From Candidatus Neptunichlamydia sp. (GTDB lineage: Bacteria > Chlamydiota > Chlamydiia > Chlamydiales > Simkaniaceae): a stretch of DNA of 64,000 nt. Location: the NCBI GenBank assembly GCA_965233865.1, contig OZ247587.1, positions 544,001 to 608,000 on the forward strand, given 5' to 3'. The notes beneath the pieces were generated by a model. That model was not told the origin of the DNA, made no database searches, and worked only from the letters and a program-made list of their open reading frames with translations. Of this stretch, positions 1-9,642 are shown one piece after another; the first letter of the stretch is position 1, and each line of letters starts with the position of its first letter. A program made the position numbers and the translations under genes.

Positions 1-720
1 ATCTCGAGCATTATCATGTCCTGACTGAGGAGCAATGTACAGGTCATTAAATTCTAATAACGTCATTTCGGTTGATATTCGGATAGGTGGCAAATGGTCA
101 AAGGTGTCATGAAGACACGCAACTTCTTCTCTTAATATAGCCATAAAATAGCGCTCATAGAAGGTGTTTTGTGAGAGAAGCTCAATACTAGATTGCATAT
201 CTACAGGCGGATTGATTGAGATTACTTTGTCAACAAGGGCTTTAGCTTCGTTGCCACGCTCTCCTACTGTCTTAAGTACGACATTTCCTCCAAGTGAGAA
301 CCCCATTAGGGTGATGGGAGAATGAGGTGCATCTCTTTTGATTTCCTTCAACGTCTCCCAAATGTCGTCACTTGCTCCAGAATGATACAGTTTGCTCCCA
401 TGACCACGTCCGCCTCCACATCCTCGGAGATTGACTCTAATGGCACGAATTTTTTCTTTGTAAAGCTTCTTTGCTATTCTCAGCATGTATGTGGACTTAG
501 TTGATCCACAAAGACCGTGAACCATAACAACTGTAGGATCACTGTCTTTCCACCTTTTAGGTGTTGAGATTTCCATGGCGATCTTTTCCCCATCAGGAAG
601 GTAGACAAAACGTTTTAAAGAGGGCAGCTTTCCTGATGCAAAAAGAAAAGATGCGGCAATTGTTTGAGCATGGCAACCTGTACAAAGCGGGAATGGCTTG
701 AATACAGGCTGTTTTGACAT
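1..720 (-). CDS. YheT-family alpha/beta hydrolase (partial, runs off window start)
   Basis: Manual translation from ATG at 720: MSKQPVFKPFPLCTGCHAQTIA...VVMVHGLCGS...RVNLRGCG...LYHSG...GFSLGGN (GxSxG nucleophile). Absent from the ORF track because there is no stop in the window. Confidence 0.85.
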   Translation of the reverse strand, partial: MSKQPVFKPFPLCTGCHAQTIAASFLFASGKLPSLKRFVYLPDGEKIAMEISTPKRWKDSDPTVVMVHGLCGSTKSTYMLRIAKKLYKEKIRAIRVNLRGCGGGRGHGSKLYHSGASDDIWETLKEIKRDAPHSPITLMGFSLGGNVVLKTVGERGNEAKALVDKVISINPPVDMQSSIELLSQNTFYERYFMAILREEVACLHDTFDHLPPIRISTEMTLLEFNDLYIAPQSGHDNARD

Positions 721-935
721 GCGTTCCCCCCCAGAAATACATTACGCATAGTGGTAGCGCAAGGAGATTTACAACTCCTTAAAACCACCACTGAGCAGTT
801 AAAATCAGCTACTATCTTTTGGTAATCAGACCATATGTGACATATTGGTCGGTCCCCTATATGTATTTTACAAACGACCAAATTTATTAATAAAGGGTTT
901 TTGCAACTATTTTTCGGGTTCTTAGCATAAGAATG

Positions 936-1436
936 TTACGGAAGCGGAATCGAATAGAAACACACAAGGCACTCAGTCCCAGGGTTTTTAAATCCTATGC
1001 TAGCATTTGACATGTGATAGAACATTGCTCCAAAGCGAGATTCGTTCTTGAAGCGATAGGAAAGCTCTGCTGAAGAGCGAAACTCTAGAGGGAACCCCAG
1101 TTCCATTTCTCCCCCCTTTATGTAGATACCAGGGGCAAAGCTTGGGGTAAATACAAGATGAGGAAACAAAAAAACATCGAAAGCAATTCCTGCATAGAGA
1201 TATGCAGATCCTTTTGCCGTTGCCATAGCTCCTATTAGGGGCCGGAAAAAGAGCATCGAATTGCGATAAAAAGCGTAGTCAAAGCGATACTCTACTTGAA
1301 AGTTCACACTTTTTTGATTTCGAACGATATTAAACACCCCGATGCCCATGTTAAGGAGCTTGGAGTCTTTAATTGAAGGTTTGTCAACAGCAATTAAAAT
1401 AAGAGGAAGAAGTAGTAATAGGAGGAGTCTTTTCAC
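936..1436 (-). CDS. Acyloxyacyl hydrolase / PagL-like lipid A 3-O-deacylase beta-barrel
   Basis: Signal peptide, amphipathic beta-strands, LGFPLEFRS and YHMSNA (HxSNA) motifs. Confidence 0.75.
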   Translation of the reverse strand: MKRLLLLLLLPLILIAVDKPSIKDSKLLNMGIGVFNIVRNQKSVNFQVEYRFDYAFYRNSMLFFRPLIGAMATAKGSAYLYAGIAFDVFLFPHLVFTPSFAPGIYIKGGEMELGFPLEFRSSAELSYRFKNESRFGAMFYHMSNASIGFKNPGTECLVCFYSIPLP

Positions 1437-1722
1437 GATAATGCCTCAACAATTTCTTTTCCAAAGAAGGACTATCTTGCCAGATTGCCCCAGCCTTTTC
1501 AAGGTTATCTTTAATTGTTGTTGTTCCTTTTATTTCTTTATTATTTTCACTTTTGAAAGTTATTATTATAATCACTTATCCATAAAAAATGAGCTAATAG
1601 TAATTTTTTGTTTCCAGAAATCATTCTCTATTTAAACTTAAAATGATGTAAAATCTTATTTTGATCCTATTTTTCTATCAAAAATTTCGCTTGAAAAGAG
1701 ATATTTTGGTATCATCCGACCC

Positions 1723-2502
1723 ATGACAGCACTACTTGATAGAATTTCATTAGAATTCCCAGACAGCTCAAGGTCCACTCTTCGGAAGTGGCTAAAGAGC
1801 GGACGCATCCTAGTCGATGGCAAAAAGGTAAAGGAACCTCATGCTACCATTAAGGAAGGAGCGCAGATCTCTTTAAAAGAAAAACAAAAATTTCTAGACT
1901 TAGATGTCGAAGTCTTATATGAGGATCGAGATCTTGTTGTTGTAAATAAGCCTGAGGGAGTGCTCAGCGTTGCCACAGTATTCCAAACCGAAGATACTGT
2001 TCATGGTGTTCTCAAAAGAGCGTATCCTCGTGCTTTTCCAGTCCACCGCCTTGATAGAGAAACTTCAGGCGTGATGGTAGTGGCCCTAACAGAAGAAGCT
2101 CGAGAGGGGCTAAAGGAACAATTCCATTCTCACTCTATCGAAAGGAAGTATGTTGCAATTGTTCGAGGAAAGCTCGAAGGGTCTGGAACGTGGCAATGTC
2201 GCCTTCTTGAGGATCAGAATTACTTTGTTCGTCCTCACCCAAAAGGTGCGGTTGCCATTACTCACTACAGGGTCCTCAACACTCGAGGAAAAACATCTGC
2301 TGTAGAGTATACCCTAGAAACAGGTAAGAAGAATCAAATTCGAGCACAATCTCTAGCTGCTGGCTATCCAATCCTTGGTGATCAAAAGTATGGCGATACG
2401 GCAAATGGACGTCTCCACCTTCACGCTGCACACTTGGCATTTACTCATCCTGTTACAGGGAAAGAAATGTCGTTTCAAGCTCCCCCCATGTTTGAAGTTT
2501 AA
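1723..2502 (+). CDS. RluA-family pseudouridine synthase with S4 domain
   Basis: VNKPEG, VHRLDRETSG, LETGKKNQIR, PILGDQKYG, LHLHA motifs. Confidence 0.93.
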   Translation: MTALLDRISLEFPDSSRSTLRKWLKSGRILVDGKKVKEPHATIKEGAQISLKEKQKFLDLDVEVLYEDRDLVVVNKPEGVLSVATVFQTEDTVHGVLKRAYPRAFPVHRLDRETSGVMVVALTEEAREGLKEQFHSHSIERKYVAIVRGKLEGSGTWQCRLLEDQNYFVRPHPKGAVAITHYRVLNTRGKTSAVEYTLETGKKNQIRAQSLAAGYPILGDQKYGDTANGRLHLHAAHLAFTHPVTGKEMSFQAPPMFEV

Positions 2503-2526
2503 AAAACTATCAGCGATAAGAAATCT

Positions 2527-2934
2527 ATGAAGCGTTTATATCGAGACAGGTGGGATAAAAAGGTTGCAGGAGTCTGCGGAGGCCTGGGGCAGGTTTTAAG
2601 CCTTGACCCAACAGTTGTTCGACTATTGTTGGTCGTCATTTGTATTTTTACGGGAATTCTTCCCCTCATCGTCCTATATATTATTGCCTGGATGCTTATT
2701 CCCCTTGGACCTCCTACATATATTCAATTTGAATGTAAACGCCTCTATCGCTCCATTCGTGACCGAAAAATCGGTGGGATCTGCGGAGGAATCGCAGAAA
2801 GTTTAAAAATTGATGCGACGATCGTTCGAATTGTCATGCTTTTTGCAATGCTCCTAACTTGGTTCTTTCCCCTTCTTATTGTCTATATTATTGGGACAGT
2901 AATTATTCCAGAGAAACCCGAAGAACAAACCTAG
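2527..2934 (+). CDS. Tandem PspC-domain membrane protein
   Basis: Two repeats of KRLYR...K(V/I)xG(V/I)CGG(L/I)...D.T.VR, each followed by a TM helix. Confidence 0.9.
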   Translation: MKRLYRDRWDKKVAGVCGGLGQVLSLDPTVVRLLLVVICIFTGILPLIVLYIIAWMLIPLGPPTYIQFECKRLYRSIRDRKIGGICGGIAESLKIDATIVRIVMLFAMLLTWFFPLLIVYIIGTVIIPEKPEEQT

Positions 2935-2965
2935 TGCTAGGTTTAACAGTAATCATGGCTACTCC

Positions 2966-2989
2966 TGATTTTTTTTGTCCTGTACTAAG
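2966..2989 (-). repeat. Solo IS4-type terminal inverted repeat
   Basis: Reverse complement cttagtacaggacaaaaaaaatca matches the left end of the IS4 element at 35143. Confidence 0.7.
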
Positions 2990-3065
2990 AAAATTTTTAC
3001 ATGTTATAGTGGTTTAAACTTAAGCGACTATAAAATATTTTTCCTTATTTGTATTAACTTTATGC

Positions 3066-4964
3066 GTGTTTAAAATGGAAAAAAAAACCTGTGGATCTTG
3101 GAAGTCTCCTATCACTTCATCGATGATTCTAGAGTCTGCGATTAAACTTGGTGAGGTTGTCATTGATGGAAACGATTTATACTGGAGCGAGTCTCGCCCT
3201 GAAGAGAAGGGACGCTCTGTAATTGTAAAAGGTGGGAAGGATATTCTTCCTGAACCTTATAATGCACGAACACGCGTTCATGAATATGGAGGGGGGGCCT
3301 TTACGGTTTCAAATGGAGATCTCTATTTCTCCAATTTTAAAGATCAGGGTTTTTACAAGCGCGATCAAAAAGGGAAGGTCAAAAAGGTTTGTGGTGGAGA
3401 GGGAATGCGTTATGCAAATCCCCTTTGTGATCACTCTAAAAATGTGATCTATGCCATCCAAGAAGAGCATCGCTCTGAACATGACGTTGTCAACTCTCTA
3501 GTAAGGATTGGAGATAAGGTTGAAGTCATCCATAGAGGACATGACTTCTACTCTATGCCTGCCCTGCATCCTAAAGGAACCCACCTTGCTTTTATCACCT
3601 GGGACCACCCAAATATGCCTTGGGATGGTTCGACACTGTGGGTAGGAGAGCTTACTGAAGAAGGCTCTCTTAAGAATGTAAAGGCCTTTGCAGGAGGAGA
3701 AAGTGAGTCCATCTTTCAACCAGCTTGGAGCCTTGATGGTATTTTGCACTTTGTCTCGGATCGCTCCGGATGGTGGAATCTTTATCGAATGGGCACAGAT
3801 GGAGTTGAAGCTCTCTGTCCGATGGAGGCAGAGTTTGGCCAGCCTATTTGGGTCTTTAAAATGTCTAATTATGGGTTTCTACAAGACGGGAGAATTGCAT
3901 GTGTCTATACTGTTTCGGGGACTGATTACCTAGGGATTTTAGATCCTGATAAAAAGTCTCTTGAGAAAATCGATCTCCCTTTCACAAGTTATTCAGCTTT
4001 TACTGTTGCAGGAAAGTATCTATATTTTACGGGGGCTTCCCCTGACGAAATGTGTACATTGATCCGTTATGATGTGGTCTCTAATAACATAGAGCGAATC
4101 CGAAAATCAAAGGATCTAACTATCAATTCTGGATATCTTTCTGTCCCTGAAACATTAGAATTTCCAACTGAAGGTGGGAAAACCTCTTACGCTTTTTACT
4201 ATCCTCCAAAGAATAAGGACTATAAAGAAACAAATCTTCCCCCTCTAATTGTCAAAAGTCATGGAGGTCCTACCGCACGCGTTTCAGCGAGCTTGAATTT
4301 AGAGATTCAGTTTTGGACCTCAAGAGGCATTGCTGTCTTGGATGTTAACTATGGAGGAAGTACTGGCTACGGCCGTGCGTACCGAGAGCGCCTTAAAGGT
4401 AGATGGGGAATTGTTGATGTTGATGATTGCTGCAATGGGGCCCTTTTCCTTGCTAAGGAGAGACGTGTTGATAAAAAGCGCATGGCGATTAAAGGAGGAA
4501 GCGCAGGAGGTTACACGACTTTAGCGGCTTTGACCTTTCGGGATATTTTTAAGGCTGGAGCAAGCTACTATGGGGTGAGTGATTTAGAAACTCTTGCAAC
4601 CGATACCCATAAGTTTGAATCAAAATACCTCGATAAACTGATTGGTCCCTATCCACAGGAAAAAAAACGCTATATTGAGTTGAGTCCTATTCACCATACT
4701 GAAAAATTATCCTGTCCGGTGATCCTATTGCAGGGGGCTGAGGATAAAGTTGTCCCTCCCGCCCAAGCTGAAATGATGTTCAATGCTTTAAATAAGAAAG
4801 GCATTCCTGTAACTTATCTTTTATTTGAAGGAGAGCAGCACGGTTTCCGTGTATCTAAAAACATTATGCGCGCCTTCGATGCTGAGCTTTACTTCTACGG
4901 TAAGATCTTCGGCTTTATCCCCGCTGACACCCTTGAACCCTTAACCATCCACAATTATCCATGA
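3066..4964 (+). CDS. S9-family peptidase (acylaminoacyl/dipeptidyl aminopeptidase)
   Basis: RVHEYGGG, HGGPT, GGSAGGY nucleophile, QGAEDKVV, EQHGF. Confidence 0.93.
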   Translation: MFKMEKKTCGSWKSPITSSMILESAIKLGEVVIDGNDLYWSESRPEEKGRSVIVKGGKDILPEPYNARTRVHEYGGGAFTVSNGDLYFSNFKDQGFYKRDQKGKVKKVCGGEGMRYANPLCDHSKNVIYAIQEEHRSEHDVVNSLVRIGDKVEVIHRGHDFYSMPALHPKGTHLAFITWDHPNMPWDGSTLWVGELTEEGSLKNVKAFAGGESESIFQPAWSLDGILHFVSDRSGWWNLYRMGTDGVEALCPMEAEFGQPIWVFKMSNYGFLQDGRIACVYTVSGTDYLGILDPDKKSLEKIDLPFTSYSAFTVAGKYLYFTGASPDEMCTLIRYDVVSNNIERIRKSKDLTINSGYLSVPETLEFPTEGGKTSYAFYYPPKNKDYKETNLPPLIVKSHGGPTARVSASLNLEIQFWTSRGIAVLDVNYGGSTGYGRAYRERLKGRWGIVDVDDCCNGALFLAKERRVDKKRMAIKGGSAGGYTTLAALTFRDIFKAGASYYGVSDLETLATDTHKFESKYLDKLIGPYPQEKKRYIELSPIHHTEKLSCPVILLQGAEDKVVPPAQAEMMFNALNKKGIPVTYLLFEGEQHGFRVSKNIMRAFDAELYFYGKIFGFIPADTLEPLTIHNYP

Positions 4965-5251
4965 GATAATTTATATTTCTTCTAGCCTTTCTAGCTTTTT
5001 CTTTTTTTCTTCTTGCTACTCAAGAGGCAGATCAGGGATCTCAAATAACTTCTCTATTTCTAGCTCTGGGGCACTAGGTTAATTTTACTTAAAGACAAGA
5101 ATTCTCTATCAATCTAAAAATAAATAATTTATGAATTTTTACTTCTTCATTTTTAGCCATTTCTTACCAAAGCAATACAAAAAATTCTATTTTCTATCTC
5201 TCAAACTTGTTAAGATCTAAACTTCTTTAACCATTAACGTTCATAAAAAGA

Positions 5252-6946
5252 ATGAAACATAAGATATTCACTTCTCTTTTTCTTCTCTCTCAACTTGGTG
5301 CTCCCTTAGCTGGTGAAGGAGTTCTTCATTTTGATACGACACCCCCAGAAAGTGAAGAAAAATCCTTGACTGTCAATTTTCAGGATGTTTCTATGTTGGA
5401 ATTTCTCCGGTTTGTAAGCTCTGTTGCAGAAAGAAACTTTATTTATGATGAGAAGATCCTAGACTTTAACATTAGCCTAGCCACGGGGAAGCCGACTGAT
5501 CCCGAAAACATTTTAAAAATCATGGTTGAGCTCCTCGAAAAACAAGGGATTCGTACAGAAAAACGCGGCGATTACTACCTTGTCGAGAAAATGGAAGAAT
5601 GGGAACTGGAAGAACAGAAATCATTGAAGCTTGCGAAAATACGCAGCCAAAGGGATGGAAAGGAAGAATTTCATTTGGTCAGTGACAAATCAGGAAACCA
5701 TTTTATTACTCCTCATGAACATGAAAAGAAGGGGGAATTTCATATCTATAAACTACAATACCATGTAGGAAATGAAATTCTCACAGCGATCAAAAGTGTC
5801 GCTATTAGTATGAAAGCAAGCCCCAGTGCATCACAAGAGCTAGTCCAAACAATTGGATCGATGCAGTGGGTAGAATCTACGAATTCTATCCTCTATTCTG
5901 GAACAGAAGAGGGTATCGAAGAGCTCACATTTCTTATTTCGAGTTTAGATGTTCCAAAAAAACAAGTCTTTATCGAGGTTCTCGTGATCGAAACTGACGT
6001 GAAGAAAGGGCTGGAGTTTGGACTCGAATGGGGAGCAGGTGGGCAATATCGTAACAAATTTGGGTATGGACTTGGTAATTTCCCGGCCGCTCCGAAACAG
6101 GCACCTTTTGCAAACACTTTGCAACAGATAAATGCATCGAATACCCCCACAGGAACTGATCAGTTCCCACTGGGGCGCGGGTTTGATCTCGGAGTGCTCG
6201 GGGATATTATCCTCCATAAAGGACAGTCGTACTTTTCACTAGGCTCCCTTGTCTCGGCGCTTGAGGCTGATAGAGACAGTACAATCATCTTGAATCAGAA
6301 AATTATTACTCAGGACAACAAACTTTCCCGCATATTCGTGGGAGATAACATTGCCTTCACGGGATCTGTCATTGAAACTGTGGGAGCAAGCCAACAAACC
6401 TCTGCGAATATTGAATACCGCGATGTTGGAGTAAAACTTAATATCACTCCCCTTTTGGGTGATGAAGATGTGATTACATTAGAAATTTCAGAAGAAATTA
6501 CCAATGTCATTCCTAACCACAATATTGTTGGTGACTCCGTTAATGGAATTAACACAACCAAAACCGATATGGCAACGCAAGTTCACGTCCCTGATCAAAG
6601 TTTTCTCGTGTTAAGTGGCATGATCCGTAACACAAAGAGGGAGAGAAAATCAGGAATCCCCTGTATGGGAGGCCTTCCTCTCGTCGGTGCAGCCTTTAGT
6701 AAAACAACGACTGATGATGAAAAGCGTAATGTGATTGTCTTTGTCCGTCCTCAGATTATTCACTCCGGACAAGAGCATCGAAATGTAACAGCCTACCAAG
6801 AAAACCAGTTCAAAGATCAATCAGCAAATCCTTCCGATTTTCAGATGGGAATCGACATGCTGAAAAAAGAAGACGAAACATATGGAACCAATCAACAACC
6901 TCCTAAACTCGGAATCACAGCAGACTCAGCAAGTAGTCGATCGTGA
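5252..6946 (+). CDS. Secretin (SctC/CdsC- or GspD-like outer membrane channel), shortened
   Basis: Signal peptide, N0-like VNFQDVSMLEFLRFVS, KQVFIEVLVIE, IEYRDVGVKLNITP, GIPCMGGLPLVGAAFS, VIVFVRPQII. Confidence 0.88.
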   Translation: MKHKIFTSLFLLSQLGAPLAGEGVLHFDTTPPESEEKSLTVNFQDVSMLEFLRFVSSVAERNFIYDEKILDFNISLATGKPTDPENILKIMVELLEKQGIRTEKRGDYYLVEKMEEWELEEQKSLKLAKIRSQRDGKEEFHLVSDKSGNHFITPHEHEKKGEFHIYKLQYHVGNEILTAIKSVAISMKASPSASQELVQTIGSMQWVESTNSILYSGTEEGIEELTFLISSLDVPKKQVFIEVLVIETDVKKGLEFGLEWGAGGQYRNKFGYGLGNFPAAPKQAPFANTLQQINASNTPTGTDQFPLGRGFDLGVLGDIILHKGQSYFSLGSLVSALEADRDSTIILNQKIITQDNKLSRIFVGDNIAFTGSVIETVGASQQTSANIEYRDVGVKLNITPLLGDEDVITLEISEEITNVIPNHNIVGDSVNGINTTKTDMATQVHVPDQSFLVLSGMIRNTKRERKSGIPCMGGLPLVGAAFSKTTTDDEKRNVIVFVRPQIIHSGQEHRNVTAYQENQFKDQSANPSDFQMGIDMLKKEDETYGTNQQPPKLGITADSASSRS

Positions 6947-7100
6947 CCCCGCTCCTTGGAAAACCTTTATCTCTCAGTTTTCTGAAGTTCAGCAAAAAGT
7001 CTTTCTAAGAAATATGACTCAACATTTCTCTCAAATGATTACCCGCGATTTAAGAAAAATGAAGGAAACCCTCCGCAAAATGCGAGAAGATAATCGTTAA
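6882..7100 (+). CDS. Small helical hypothetical protein overlapping the secretin 3' end
   Basis: 72-aa ORF with ATG and protein-like amphipathic C-terminus, followed by a hairpin at 7154-7178. Confidence 0.6.
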   Translation: MEPINNLLNSESQQTQQVVDRDPAPWKTFISQFSEVQQKVFLRNMTQHFSQMITRDLRKMKETLRKMREDNR

Positions 7101-7289
7101 ACGATTGCGTGACCTTCTATATTTTTCTCTTTGTTTGCTAATCCCAGTAGAGTTAGTCAGAAGAAACCCTTCGGACTAGTTAAAATCTATAAATAAAGTG
7201 AGACAGTTGGAAGATATTCTGCGCTGTCGGTGCTTTGATTCAAGGAGTTTCCAAAAGCATGAACAACAGGGCGTGCAAAAAGGGGACTG

Positions 7290-8036
7290 TCATATACCTG
7301 GCCCGATTGGAAGAAGGTGACTCACAAATTGTTGGTAAATAAAGGATCCAATGCCGGCGCCAAAAAGAGGGCCAACAATAGGCACCCATGCATAATCCCA
7401 ATCAGAATCCCCTTTTCCTTGAATCGGAAAAAGTGCATGAACGATTCGTGGTCCCAGATCGCGAGCAGGATTAATCGCATATCCTGTCGGGCCACCAAGG
7501 GAAAGGCCAATACTGAAGACAAGCAATCCAACGGCAAAAGGTCCTACGCCACTTCCGATTCCATTATGGGTATTGAAAATGCCAAGAACACCAATCAAGA
7601 GCACCGCTGTTGCAATAACTTCGGTAATAAAGTTCCATGATTTATGACGAATTGCAGGCTGCGTACAAAAGATTAGGAGTTTATGGGTTTTGTTATCGCT
7701 TTTGCCAAAGTGCAAATAATACGATGCCCAAACAAGAACTGCCCCAATGAAAGCTCCAATAAGCTGAGCAATAATATAGGTGGGAACAAGATTCCACCCC
7801 GTCTTTCCAGCAACGGCAAGGCCAAAAGTGACTGCTGGATTAATGTGTCCACCACTCGCCCATCCAATCGTATATACTGCTATCGAAACAGCAAAACCCC
7901 AACTGGTACTGATAACAATCCATCCTCCTTTTTCCCCCTTGGAGTGCTTTAATAATACGTTTGCTACAGATCCATCTCCTAGTAAAACAAGAAGGAGCGT
8001 TCCAATCAACTCTCCCCAAAAAACACTCATTTCCAT
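7290..8036 (-). CDS. glpF: Glycerol uptake facilitator (aquaglyceroporin)
   Basis: SGGHINPA and GYAINPARD dual NPA motifs; divergent from glpK. Confidence 0.95.
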   Translation of the reverse strand: MEMSVFWGELIGTLLLVLLGDGSVANVLLKHSKGEKGGWIVISTSWGFAVSIAVYTIGWASGGHINPAVTFGLAVAGKTGWNLVPTYIIAQLIGAFIGAVLVWASYYLHFGKSDNKTHKLLIFCTQPAIRHKSWNFITEVIATAVLLIGVLGIFNTHNGIGSGVGPFAVGLLVFSIGLSLGGPTGYAINPARDLGPRIVHALFPIQGKGDSDWDYAWVPIVGPLFGAGIGSFIYQQFVSHLLPIGPGI

Positions 8037-8118
8037 GAACCTATCCCTCTAGCATAAATGTCATAATAAAAATTTTTATTGACATATAGCACATCGAAAT
8101 GAAGAGTACAAGTTAGGG

Positions 8119-9603
8119 ATGATTATGAAATATATTTTATCTTTAGATCAAGGAACAACAAGCTCAAGAGCCCTTGTGGTAACGCAAGAAGGGGCGATCA
8201 TTGGTCGAGCTCAAAAAGAATTTCGACAAATCTTCCCAAAACCTGGTTGGGTCGAGCATGACCCAATGGATATCTGGGCAACACAAGCCTCTGTCATGAC
8301 GGAAGCAATGAGCCGCGCACGCCTTACGATGAGGCAAATTGCTTCAATTGGAATCACTAACCAACGTGAAACTACGATTGTTTGGGATAAGAAAACCTCA
8401 ACACCTGTTTACAATGCCATTGTCTGGCAAGATCGACGTACTACTCCCCTATGCAAAAAGCTAAAAAAAGATGGTGTTGAACCCATTTTCAAAAAGAAAA
8501 CAGGACTCCTTCTAGACCCCTATTTTTCAGGAACAAAGATTCGATGGATATTAGACAACGTTGCCGAAGCAAAGGGAAAAGATTTAGCTTTTGGAACAGT
8601 GGATAGCTGGCTTGTTTGGAAAATGACGGAAGGGGCTCAGCATATTACCGATGCCACAAATGCATCCCGAACACTTCTTTATAATATTCATGAAGGAAAA
8701 TGGGATCAAGAGCTTCTCAAAATCCTCGATATTCCTAGAGAAATGCTTCCTGAAGTGAAGAGTTCCAGTGAAATCTATGGTGAGTGTAGTAAAGACGTTT
8801 GTTCGACAACTATCCCCATTGGAGGGATAGCGGGAGACCAACAAGCCGCCCTTTTTGGTCAATCTTGCTTTGAAAAAGGGATGGGGAAAATTACCTATGG
8901 CACAGGATGTTTTATCCTCATAAATACAGGGAAAGTAGCTCCACCTCCCAGCGAACATCTTCTAACTACAATTGCATACCAATTAAACGATGAGGTCCAC
9001 TATGCTTTAGAAGGAAGCGTTTTTATTGGTGGAGCTGTGGTGCAATGGCTCCGTGATTCACTGGGTATTATTGCCCGATCTGAAGACGTAGAATCTCTTG
9101 CAAAAGGTGTTTCGTCCACCGAAGGGGTTGTCTTTGTTCCTGCCCTTGCTGGCCTAGGTGCACCTCACTGGGATCCTCAAGCTCGAGGGGTAATTCTGGG
9201 AATCACCCGAGGAACAACAAATGCTCATATTGCAAGAGCTGCTCTTGAAGGAATCGGATTCCGAGTTTCTGATATCTTAGAAGTCATCGAAGAAAGTGTG
9301 GCAGTCTCAGAACTCCGCGTTGATGGGGGAGCCGTTTCTGATGACCTCTTAATGCAACTCCAATCCAACCTTACAGACCTTCCTCTCATCCATCCTCAAT
9401 TTAAAGAACTAACAGCCCTTGGCGCTGCCTTTTTGGCAGGACTCAGCGTTGGCTATTGGAAAGATCTAAAAGAGTTAAAAGGTCTTTGGAAAGAAGACTG
9501 TCGCTTTGATCCCGATCTTTCTGAAAGGGATAGAGTCAAAGAGAAGAAAAAATGGAAGCATGCAATTGAGTGCACAAAAATGTGGGGGAAGATCTATGAG
9601 TGA
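8119..9603 (+). CDS. glpK: Glycerol kinase
   Basis: DQGTTSSRA, GITNQRETT, DPYFSGTK, GDQQAALFG, YALEGSVF. Confidence 0.97.
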   Translation: MIMKYILSLDQGTTSSRALVVTQEGAIIGRAQKEFRQIFPKPGWVEHDPMDIWATQASVMTEAMSRARLTMRQIASIGITNQRETTIVWDKKTSTPVYNAIVWQDRRTTPLCKKLKKDGVEPIFKKKTGLLLDPYFSGTKIRWILDNVAEAKGKDLAFGTVDSWLVWKMTEGAQHITDATNASRTLLYNIHEGKWDQELLKILDIPREMLPEVKSSSEIYGECSKDVCSTTIPIGGIAGDQQAALFGQSCFEKGMGKITYGTGCFILINTGKVAPPPSEHLLTTIAYQLNDEVHYALEGSVFIGGAVVQWLRDSLGIIARSEDVESLAKGVSSTEGVVFVPALAGLGAPHWDPQARGVILGITRGTTNAHIARAALEGIGFRVSDILEVIEESVAVSELRVDGGAVSDDLLMQLQSNLTDLPLIHPQFKELTALGAAFLAGLSVGYWKDLKELKGLWKEDCRFDPDLSERDRVKEKKKWKHAIECTKMWGKIYE

Positions 9604-9642
9604 TACCGATAACTTTAACCACGCAGATTTAGAGGTAAATGA

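Noticed and set aside
2493..2519. Sigma28-like promoter (tgaagttt-N11-agcgataa) before the PspC gene
   Set aside because: Three mismatches to consensus, only 7 nt from the ATG, and the presence of sigma28 in this organism is unknown.
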